In this document: piece by piece, positions 53,997-64,000 of the stretch | Layout: each line of letters begins with the position of its first letter | Numbering within the stretch: position 1 is the stretch's first letter | Source: Octopus sinensis | Taxonomy: Eukaryota | Assembly: GCF_006345805.1 (NCBI RefSeq) | Contig: NC_043008.1 | Span: 69,626,001-69,690,000, forward strand | Direction of reading: 5' to 3' | Length of the DNA stretch: 64,000 nt | Notes under the pieces: model-generated | The model's input: the letters and a program-made list of their open reading frames with translations, nothing else | What the model was told of the DNA's origin: nothing | Databases searched by the model: none | Position numbers and translations under genes: made by a program

Positions 53997-54103
53997 ATTT
54001 CTTACTGAAGAATCTGAGGGCCTATGGAAGATTGGCTTGATTTAATTTAATCAGGTTAGTTTACCATTAAACAGCAGATGAAACGGTGCATCGTATAAGA
54101 AAT
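53997..54103 (+). ncRNA. Type I hammerhead ribozyme, unit 3 (cleavage after 54095)
   Basis: ATTTCTTA-CTGAAGA-ATCTG...CAGAT-GAAA-CGGTGCATCG-TA-TAAGAAAT intact. Confidence 0.88.
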
Positions 54104-54486
54104 TACAGGGTAAATGTTTTTTAAATTTTCTCCTGGTTTACGGAATTGATTTTTATTTGCGGTTGAAGCTTTGGCTGTTATTTCTAGTGGGTGAATGGCC
54201 TATTATTGCCGTTCCTTGATTGTTGATGTTGAACTTAAAAATGGTCTATGACTATTTAATTTTTTCCCACTAGGCCGCTAGTGGCAAAAAAATTCTACAA
54301 AATTTTTTGCCACCCTATATTGATTAATTATGAATTTTCTGGTTAATTCCGTAATGGAATCGACGGCTTATATTTATTTGCTGCCGATAAATTTGGCGCG
54401 AGTGCGATGATTTGAAAATTTTTAGGTCAGATATTGCCTTGGCAGGGTCGGAAATGCCTCGTGAAAATATCTGTTCCGACCTGGCT

Positions 54487-54592
54487 ATTTCTTACTGAAG
54501 AATCTGAGGGCCTATGGAAGATTGGCTTGATTTAATTTAATCAGGTTAGTTTACCATTAACAGCAGATGAAACGGTGCATCGTATAAGAAAT
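54487..54592 (+). ncRNA. Type I hammerhead ribozyme, unit 4 (cleavage after 54584)
   Basis: All core nucleotides and three stems intact. Confidence 0.88.
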
Positions 54593-54971
54593 TACAGGGT
54601 AAATGTTTTTTAAATTTTCTCCTGTTTACGGAATTGATTTTTATTGCGGTTGAAGCTTTGGCTGTTATTTCTAGTGGTGAATGGCCTATTATTGCCGTTC
54701 CTTGATTGTTGATGTTGAACTTAAAAATGGTCTATGACTATTTAATTTTTTCCCACTAGGCCGCTGGTGGCAAAAAAATTCTACAAAATTTTTTGCCACC
54801 CTATATGATTAATTATGAATTTTCTGGTTAATTCCGTAATGGAATCGACGGCTTATATTTATTTGCTGCCGATAAATTTGGCGCGAGTGCGATGATTTGA
54901 AAATTTTTAGGTCAGATATTGCCTTGGCAGGGTCGGAAATGCCTCGTGAAAATATCTGTTCCGACCTGGCT

Positions 54972-55078
54972 ATTTCTTACTGAAGAATCTGAGGGCCTAT
55001 GGAAGATTGGCTTGATTTAATTTAATCAGGTTAGTTTACCATTAAACAGCAGATGAAACGGTGCATCGTATAAGAAAT
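54972..55078 (+). ncRNA. Type I hammerhead ribozyme, unit 5 (cleavage after 55070)
   Basis: All core nucleotides and three stems intact. Confidence 0.88.
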
Positions 55079-55198
55079 TACAGGGTAAATGTTTTTTAAA
55101 TTTTCTCCTGGTTTACGGAATTGATTTTTATTTGCGGTTGAAGCTTTGGCTGTTATTTCTAGTGGGTGAATGGCCTATTATGGCCGTTCCTTGATTGT

Positions 55199-55234
<36 letters not shown>

Positions 55235-55276
55235 GCGTGTGTATGCATATATAGATATGTACATATATATATATAT

Positions 55277-55499
55277 AGGCGGCGAGCTGGCAGAAACGTT
55301 AGCATGCCGGGCGAAATGCTTAGCGGTATTTTGTCTGCCGCTACGTTCTGAGTTCAAATTCCGCCGAGGTCGACTTTGCCTTTCATCCTTTCGGGGTCGA
55401 TAAATTAAGTACCAGTTCACTGGGGTCGATGTAATCGACTTAATCCGTTGTCTGTCCTTATTTGTCCCGTCTGTGTTTAGCCCCTTGTGGGTAGTAAAG

Positions 55500-55504
<5 letters not shown>
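55277..55504 (+). mobile_element. SINE family A (tRNA-like head, MetaSINE-like core), best-preserved copy
   Basis: AGGCGGCGAGCTGGCAGAAACGTTAGC head, B-box GAGTTCAAATTCC, core GCCTTTCATCCTTTCGGGGTCGATAAATTAAGTACC. More than 15 diverged copies in the window. Confidence 0.9.
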
Positions 55505-55542
<38 letters not shown>

Positions 55543-55811
55543 CATACATGGGTGGCTAAAAGTCAGCTGACAGTAAATCAAAACCATTAAATTCCAAGAT
55601 TTATTCCTGTTTAACAAGTGAATGAATATAATAAAGGCATCTAAATATGAAGCATCCTGAAAATTGTTCAAACTAAAGTCTTTCTTGGGCGACACATTTT
55701 TCCATTCGAATCAATACAGAATTACAGATAGTATTTATGGAATTTTGATTTACTGTCGCCTGACTTTTGGCCAACCTGTATATGTGTATATATATATATA
55801 TTGTTAGTTCA

Positions 55812-56986
55812 TGTTGTAGCGAGAGTCACGACACCCACTACGAGAATAGACTGACAGAACTAATAACGGTCTGAGTGAGCTGACAGAGAATATGCTTTAA
55901 TCGCAGGAAGTCGCAAGGTGTCATTTTGGTAGTTTGTCGTTTATGGGTTCGTGTATAGTTGTGGAGAGTTTGTTGGATTGTTACGTTCTTGTTACCCTGC
56001 TTCGTTATATATTTTATTGTTACTGCATGGTTATAGTGTGAAAAAGTATTGTCATGACAATTAGCGATGCAACAATATTGGCGACGAAGATTCGAAGCTC
56101 ACGCAAGTTATTTAACACATTTTTGTGATACAAAGTTGTTAATTATGGAAGAACTATTAGCTTCTATAATTTATTTGCAAATGCAACAACAAGAACAGCC
56201 ACTGGAGTTGCAGAAACAACTACTACAGCAATAAGAAACCCATGTTACGGATGTGGAGGCCTACATTTCAAGAAGGACCGTCCTTTCAAAACGCAGGAAT
56301 GTTACAGTTGCCCCCAAAATAGGACACAAGAGCTCACATTGCAGAGTAAAGTTAGGAAGATTGAAGATGAAAAATTCTAAAGTGTTCTCAACTGAAAGTA
56401 GAAACGACACCAAAAAGAGGGAATTTGTACATGTAAAAGTAAACGAAGTGAATGTGATATTACAACTAGGTACTGGAAGCGACATTTCGATTATTGATAC
56501 CGACACGTGGGAAATAATTGGGAAATCTACGCTAAGAAAAACAGTGAAAATTGAGCGAGGCGTAACAGGTAAAAAACTACACTTCGTAAGCGAAATGTGG
56601 AGTGATATTACATTCCGTGGTAAAACCTGTAGAGCAAAAGTTTTCGTATTAAGAAATGCAACTAATCTGTTCGGTACGGACTGGATGAAGTTGTTTGACT
56701 TATGGGACCTCCCCATAAGTCTGTACTGTGAAAAAAATAAACGTCTGCCTCACCAGTAAAATAAGCGTCTGGCCACACCAGTAGAAAAGGGAGTGTAGGT
56801 GTAAATCGCAGGAAGTCGTAAGGTATCCTTTTGGTAGTTTGTCGGAATGTCGTTTGTTAGTTCGTGTATAGTTCGTGGAGAGTTTGTTGGATTGTTATGT
56901 TGTTATTTGCTTCGTTATATACTTAATTGTTACTTCACGGTTATGGTGTAAAAAAAAGCATCGTCATAACAATTGGCGATACAACA
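55812..56986 (+). mobile_element. Internally deleted Gypsy (Mag-like) LTR retrotransposon
   Basis: Termini TGTTG...CAACA, AGTTCA on both flanks, 5' LTR 55812-56074, PBS TGGCGACGA (56079-87), PPT AGAAAAGGGAG, 3' LTR 56794-56986. Gag start MEELLAS, knuckles CYGCGGLH / CYSCPKIGHKSSHC, protease. No RT or IN. Confidence 0.88.
56253..56759 (+). pseudogene. Retrotransposon gag zinc knuckle / aspartic protease fragment
   Basis: VHVKVNEVNVILQLGTGSDISII ... LFGTDW. The catalytic D of D(T/S)G is replaced by G. Confidence 0.8.
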
Positions 56987-57400
56987 AGTTCACAGATAAG
57001 ATCCAAAGATTCTCCGTTTGGAAGACACTTAGTAGTGCTCAAAAGCTTCAAGCACTTAGATCCCGATGTCTTTATAGGCCATCATTCCACATGGTAAAGA
57101 AAGGCTATAAGGGGGATCGAGCTGATAAATATATACATTGTTACCACTTTAACTCTCCGCAAAAAATCCCAAGTTTTACTTATTTGCTTTGTGGGAAGGA
57201 CTGTTTTAACGAAGTCGCATCTTGTCCCTACCTTCGAACGCAGAGTAGATAAAACAAGAGACAACTGATGAAGGGAATGTTCTTTATGTTACCTGTCTCG
57301 TTTCTCTATTTGTTTCTTTCATTTTTCATGTTCTCGATTCTCATTTTGTTGAGGTTTTTTTTATGTCCTGTACACATATATGCATGTATATATATATACA
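56987..57400 (+). mobile_element. Probable Penelope-like 3' remnant (related copy at 63480-63640, minus strand)
   Basis: Shares GACAA(C/T)TGATGAAGGG..TTCTTTATGTTAC(C/T)TGTC..TTTCT..TTTGTTTCT with 63540-63600 (reverse). Weak GIY-YIG-like remnant. Family call is tentative. Confidence 0.35.
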
Positions 57401-58203
57401 CATATATATGTAGGTATGTACATATATGTATGTATATACGCATAAATTTATATATTATTTATATATATATATATATGTATATATCAACACACAGACATAC
57501 ACTCACCCAAACACATATATAGACAAACACACAAACATTCTATGTCCATAATCGATAACAAGAGAGCACAAAATCCAATACAGTAGGCTGTTTTAACCAA
57601 ATATAAAAATTTTAATTGAATAAAACCACCAAAGTTTGTTATATCTAAAAAAAAATATTTAAAATGTTACCGATCTACTGCCAAGCAGCTATGCAATATT
57701 TGAGATACCGAATGACAATTATGATAACGAATTCATCAATGGTAGCAGCTCATAATTCTTGAATATTACTAAAATTGCATTGGTACACTTTATTTAGGAG
57801 ATATTGCACGAGTAGCTAAGTCAAGATATTCTACAAGTGTTTCTTCTTATTCTGTCTAGAGGTTATTTGAATGCTTGTCTAAATAATCTCTTGTGATATC
57901 AAGTCAGTCCTGTCTTGCTGAAGTACGTGAATCATTATGAAACTATATAAGAAGAAAAGCTAACCGTTATGTGTATTATCTTATCGGGACAAGGGTCAGG
58001 ATGGTATATCTCGACTAAATATAAAAAGGCCCAATTACATGAGAACTGTAAATTGAAGCCTAAACGCATAATCAAGATCTAGATGTATATTTCATTTAGC
58101 TTCACGACTGTTATCTGCAGCACAATGCATACGATTGTGTCGGTTGGTGACTCCATTTACATGAAATGTTGCCTTATCTGACCGATTTCTGCGATGGACA
58201 GGA

Positions 58204-58430
58204 CAAGAATTACTACGGAAGATCACCGATTTTGCCTCATTAGATTCAGCCTGACCAAATTCAAAGATGAGTAAGGCAAGAATTGTTACGTAAGATCATC
58301 AATATTTTCTCATTGAATTCAAAGTTATCAAATCATATGATGAATAAGGCGAGAAGAGTTACATAAAATCGTGCGATGTTCCCTGAGGCAAAATTCAATG
58401 ACAAATAAGGCAAGTATTGTTACCTAACAG
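58204..58430. repeat. Degenerate 73-bp tandem repeat, about 3.3 units
   Basis: CAAGAATT.TTAC..AAGATC anchors at 58204, 58277, 58350 and 58411. Confidence 0.7.
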
Positions 58431-59038
58431 GGGCAACAGTTTCCTATCAAAATCACCTCCGTTCAGGCTTTGTAACGTTTAAAGATAAAATAACGCAAAT
58501 TTTAATTCCTTCAGAATTTATCGCAATAATGTTTTACTGATATTCAACTGATACGAACAAATATAAGAGATGCCAAATAATATTTTTCATATTGTTAGAA
58601 GATTAACTAAACATTCTCTTCTGTCCAGACTGATACTAGGCAACCAGAACGAAGCTCAAATTTTAGTGTGCCTCTACTAACCCAAGAAATATCAATTATT
58701 CTGTAGATCAAACTAGCAGTCCTCCCGTTGTCGTCCAATTGAAATTGGATTTTAAGAATATATTCTTCTGAACAAGCCTCATCTAATCTTCTGTGCTGCC
58801 ACATAAGTGACTCATAGTTCCGAAATGGAAATGTGTGAAGATAAACTTCGTTTATTTGGCGTGTTTATTTTAAAGCAGATTTGATTACCTATTTCAATTC
58901 AACTCCATAATTATTTGGCAATGTTGCCGTATAACGACTTATAGCAGAAACCTGTTAATATATGTGCGTGTGTCTGTCTGTGTGTATGTATGTATGTATG
59001 TATGTATGTATGTATGTATGTATGTATGTGTGTGTGTG

Positions 59039-59069
<31 letters not shown>

Positions 59070-59185
59070 TATATATATATATATATTATATATATACAAA
59101 CCTCTGCCAAATATATATGTATGTTTATATGTACATACGATCTTCTCCAATATTACCATAGCAAACTCTCTCCCACTCTCTTCAA

Positions 59186-59252
<67 letters not shown>

Positions 59253-61386
59253 TTACAGCCATTTTATGATGCTAAAATATCCATTATATCTTTTTACTTC
59301 AATATTATAGCGTGGAAAGTAAAAAAAAGAAGCCTAAAAAAAAAGAATTCTAACGGCAGATTGGGTGCGTTGCTGTTTACAAGTTGCATTACTACAAAAC
59401 CATAGCAGTAAAAGACTGAATTGATTTTGCAGACAAAGCATACACGCAGCGTTCTCTGCAATGTTAATTCTCAACAGTGGAATTAATCATAAAAACAGCA
59501 AACTGACTTCTGATGCCAACCAACAAGAGTATTAGTTTGTCAACAAACTTGTTAGCTTAGTTATTTGTTGGTAAAATGTGCAGTTGTAATTAAAGTGGAG
59601 TAACGAGTTAAAATTCAATGCAGGGGCTGGACGGACGGCGATACCAAATTAAATAACAAAAAATGGCGTACATGACGATAACAGAATTTTGAATGAATAA
59701 ATAAGCGAATGAATGAGACTTTTGTAGAATTTGGCGTTGGAAATAGTGCAAAGTGTTTGCATGTGTGTCTGTGTGGAGGGAAAACTGGGGGAGTGAAATA
59801 ATTGTGTTTATGGAGATATATTTCGTATTGAAGGAATATATAGGCTGTTAATTCAATATAACAATGTATTTCTTGCTTTGCTAAAATATATTCCGTTCCC
59901 ATATTACACGAAAACAAAATGGCACGTCACGCTTTGATGGATAATCTGGATCACAAAAGATCAAGCGATTCCCTTTATTGCAACAGTGAGTTGAATAAGT
60001 AAATATTTAACAAAGAAACTGTAATATGAGGAAGCTGGAAATGGTCCATCCGCCCCACCCACAAAAATACTTTATAAAATTCTTACAGTGTGAAATAAGT
60101 TCTAGAAAGAAACTATGAAATTAGGATTATTTTAATAATAAAACATTTAAAAATAAAAGCACAGCATTTACCAGCAGAGAGACTCGATACTCAAGTTAAA
60201 GCAAGCATAAAATTCGTTTCCACTGACATTTCAAGTTTCGCCTGATGGCTAATTCACTGACGAAGTAAGCCGTCAGACGAAACATACGGTCCCAGAATTT
60301 CATGATAAATTTTGATTTGTTCTTCCTTCAATGAACGTCTCAGTACCAAATGATCAAATTCCCGCAGCGCAATGACTTATCGTATTTCACCAATTTCCTT
60401 AAATATTTATTTCAGTACATTTAGGTATCAGTAATATGCTGGTGAACATGTTATCTTTTAATCACATTTCTTGCGAAACTGGGAACCTCTGCGCGCTGGA
60501 AATAGCAGGCAAAATCTCGTTTAAATCAAACCACACTGTCTTGAAAGAATTTTCTAGATAACATAGTTTACGGTTCCATGCACATGGGAAAAATACCAGA
60601 TGGTCATGACTGAAATGGGAATGCTGGGACGGAGCTGAACTGGTTAAAAAATATTTACTTATAAAAAGAAAATATTCACATATACAAGAAAATAAAGAAT
60701 TAAGTATTTCATATTTTGAAAATGTCACAAGATTACAATGTGTTTTAGTCCAGAAGTTCTGATTATATTTCCTAACATTTGAATTGTGGCACACAATGTC
60801 TACTTCTTGCGGTGACATGGAAGTTATTTTTTGTGACATACTACCATTTACTACTCTACCAAGCAAACAACTTTTAGAAATTACATTTTTTTTTTATTTA
60901 TACTGTATTTTATTTTGCAAAGATTTAAGAATAAATCTATTTACTAAAATACTGGAGAAGAATCTACATAGAAAACACAAAAGTATAAAAAGAAAGAGAG
61001 ACAGATGGATGGATGGTTGGAATGAATGATTAATGAATAGCTAGTTAGACAGAAGGTAGATAAAGAGATAGATTATATACAAAGATAGGTGGTTAGCTAG
61101 TTAGCTAGATAGATCATAGTTAAGATATATAGATGGATAAACAGGTAGATAGATAGATACATACATACATACATACATACATACATTCATACATATATAC
61201 ATACATGCATGCATGCATACATACATATATAAGTAGATGACAAAGCAGATAGATATATGCAAGAATAGATAGGCGGTAGATAGGTGCAGCATTAGATAGA
61301 AAAATATATAGATGGATAAGCAAACAGATACATAATGAAAGGAAGAAAGAAGGAAAAAAGCGAGAGAGATGGAGATAAACAGATGA

Positions 61387-61417
<31 letters not shown>

Positions 61418-61418
61418 T

Positions 61419-61501
<83 letters not shown>

Positions 61502-62170
61502 TTGAGATAGACTGATAGATTAAAGAGACAATTAAAGAAATATAGAAAGAGTGTGGAGCACATTCCTCTTGTTTCATATAACGAAGGACAGACCTTTTCA
61601 AAATTACATTTGACAAGCAGTTTGAATAGACAGTTTCTACAGCTTTAATGTCAATTCGCCTGTTGCAACCTCAGCAGTTGTTTAGGAAGATTTTTCATGT
61701 CACTTCACACATCTATCTAATTACTTAGCCAACCGTAATAATATATGCACTATGTTTTCCCATTGAATAATACACACATTCGCAGAAATGCATTGTTTGC
61801 AAGAAGAACAAAACAAACAGAAAAAGGAAGACAACATAAAATAAAACAAGACAAATTTAGTTAATTTCCCTCTGGGATTTTAGAAAATGTAGTGCGTCTT
61901 TCTACAGTTAGATTTTGTTACAACAAAGAGACGAATTAATACACATGTAAAGATATATGCGCACAATCGCAAAAGTACAACACTTATACAAATATGTACA
62001 CACGTACAAATATACATAATGATATATGTATAGGTGTATGTATCTATGTATTTACGTATCTGTCTATTTCTATCAATAATGCATATAAAGTGGTTGAAGA
62101 TACATGTGTATGTGTACACATAAACACACTTAATTTCTTTCTCTCTTTCTCTTTCTCTCTCTCTCTCACT

Positions 62171-62206
<36 letters not shown>

Positions 62207-62298
62207 ACACACGCGCGCACACATATATATGTATGTATGTGTATGCGTGTGTGTGTGTGGATAGATTGATACAAATATGCATTTATAAAAGTATATAT

Positions 62299-62378
62299 GT
62301 ATGGCTGTGTGGTAAGGAGCTTGCTTCCCAACCACATGGTCCCGGGTTCAGTCCCACTGAGTGAAACAAGTAAAAGAG
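62299..62378 (+). mobile_element. SINE family B head only
   Basis: GGCTGTGTGGTAAGGAGCTTGCTTCCCAACCACATGGTCCCGGGTTCAGTCCCACTG. Confidence 0.8.
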
Positions 62379-62458
62379 TATACATACACACACACACACA
62401 GAGACATATACATACAGAAACACACTCACACACAAGCACACTCAAACACACACACACA

Positions 62459-62514
<56 letters not shown>

Positions 62515-62934
62515 CAGAGATACACTCATATACAAGCACACAAGCACACGCAAACGCACACACGTTCGCGCTCACGCACACATGGATCACTCTAAGTCGG
62601 TTTCGACGAGTAGGATTCAGCTTATTCACTCAAATGTGTGAGCTCTCGAGTATTCCGCAGACACCGGTAACCTTAACTTAATTCACAGGCTGAATGGACA
62701 TTCCACTGTGTGTGATAAGGTTGTACCTTTTGAATAATTGACAGAATCCATCCAAGTAGTTCCTATGCAACTTCTCTCTAGCCCTGTACCTATATTTACT
62801 CACAACAGAAGCTGTTGACAGTTGCCAAAATGCCAAATAGCAGCATCAAAACGCCGGACCTCGTACTTACGTGGATTCGTAACCAATCGGCCATGCTGTA
62901 CTGATATATAGATATAAAATGCACATTCGTTTAT

Positions 62935-63330
62935 TTTTTTACTTGCTTCAGTCGTTTGACTGTGGACATGCTGGATCATCACCTTAATGGGTTTTTAGTC
63001 GAAGAAATTGACTCCAGAACTTATTCTTTGTAAGGCTAGTACTTATTCTATCGGTATCGTTCGCCGAACGCCTAAGTTACGGGGGCGTAAACACACCAAC
63101 ATCGGTTGTCAAGCAATGGTGGCGGGAGACAGAGACACAAAGACACACAAATAAATATATATATACGACGAGCTTCTTTCAGTTTCCGTCAATTAAATCT
63201 ACTCACAGGGCTTTGATCAGTCCGAGGCTATAGCATAAGGTACTTGCCCAAAGTACCGTACGACGTAGTGGGACTGAACCCGGAAATATGTGGTTGAGAA
63301 GCGAGCTTCTTACCACAAAGCCTCGCCTGC
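62935..63330 (-). mobile_element. SINE family B, full length
   Basis: Reverse-strand head, body and tail. Confidence 0.85.
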
Positions 63331-63349
63331 TCCCCACTCTCTCTCTTTC

Positions 63350-63380
<31 letters not shown>

Positions 63381-63438
63381 CACATACATATATACATTCA
63401 TATATATACATATATATGTACATACTGACATATATATG

Positions 63439-63476
<38 letters not shown>

Positions 63477-63639
63477 TATATGGGTACAGGATGTCACAAA
63501 ACGTAAGCGTGAAATACGAAGACAAACTTTTTATGCGAACGAGAGAAACAAATAGAAAACATGACAAGTAACATAAAGAAGGACCCTTCATCAATTGTCG
63601 GCTGCTTATCTACTCCACATCTCGAGCAATATATATATA

Positions 63640-63672
<33 letters not shown>

Positions 63673-63720
63673 CATACATATACATATATATATATATAAT
63701 ATATATATACATACATATAC

Positions 63721-63770
<50 letters not shown>

Positions 63771-63789
63771 ATATATATATATATCATTT

Positions 63790-64000
63790 ACTGTTTTCAG
63801 TAATTAGACTGTGGCCATTCTGGGGCACCACTTTAAAGACTTTTTAGTTAAATGAGTCGACGCCAGCAGGTTTTTCATAAAGCCTGGTACTTGCTCTACT
63901 GGGCACTTTTGTCGAACCGCTAGGTTACGAGGACATAGACACACCAACACCGGTTGTCATCAGCGACAAGGGACAAAGACAGACGCTAAGACATACTCAC
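63790..64000 (-). mobile_element. SINE family B 3' half, runs off the window
   Basis: TTTCAGTAATTAGACTGTGGCCAT...GAACCGCTAGGTTACG...ACACCAACACCGGTTGTC. Confidence 0.75.

Larger units (their letters stand above)
52596..55200. mobile_element. Hammerhead-containing tandem array (putative non-LTR retrozyme / Penelope-type pLTR array): inverted partial unit 52596-52933 plus about 4.6 direct units 52934-55200
   Basis: Unit starts (GAGTGCGATG) at 52934, 53422, 53910, 54400, 54885 (periods 488, 488, 490, 485). Units differ mostly by homopolymer indels. 52596-52933 is the reverse complement of part of the unit. Every unit has a hammerhead fold and no meaningful ORF. Confidence 0.85.

Noticed and set aside
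52934-55200. CRISPR array or protein-coding tandem repeat
   Set aside because: No unique spacers, eukaryotic context, non-triplet periods, and only short open frames.

Overview
Repeat-dense, AT-rich animal non-coding DNA (intron or intergenic). The SINE families and microsatellite load look like Octopus (recognised from memory, not searched). I can support no intact host protein-coding gene. Most supplied ORFs are translations of microsatellites, and the few protein-like ones are transposon remnants: mariner, Tc1, R4/Dong-like, CR1-like, L1/Tx1-like and a Gypsy LTR derivative. The standout is at 52.6-55.2 kb: a tandem array of ~488-bp units, each carrying a complete type I hammerhead ribozyme fold (8-bp stem I, CUGAAGA, 5-bp stem II with a ~57-nt insert, GAAA, self-complementary stem III, GUA cleavage triplet). 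A sixth hammerhead lies in an inverted partial copy, and exact 35-bp inverted repeats bracket the whole structure. This is the architecture of a non-LTR retrozyme or Penelope-mobilised circular-RNA element. A second, unrelated minimal hammerhead pair forms a palindrome at 49.5 kb. Other notable items are a long phased heat-shock-element array (10.8 kb), a nuclear-receptor half-site cluster (27.6 kb), a miRNA-sized hairpin (4.1 kb) and several nested insertions. All ribozyme and regulatory calls are by-eye predictions and need experimental or computational confirmation.
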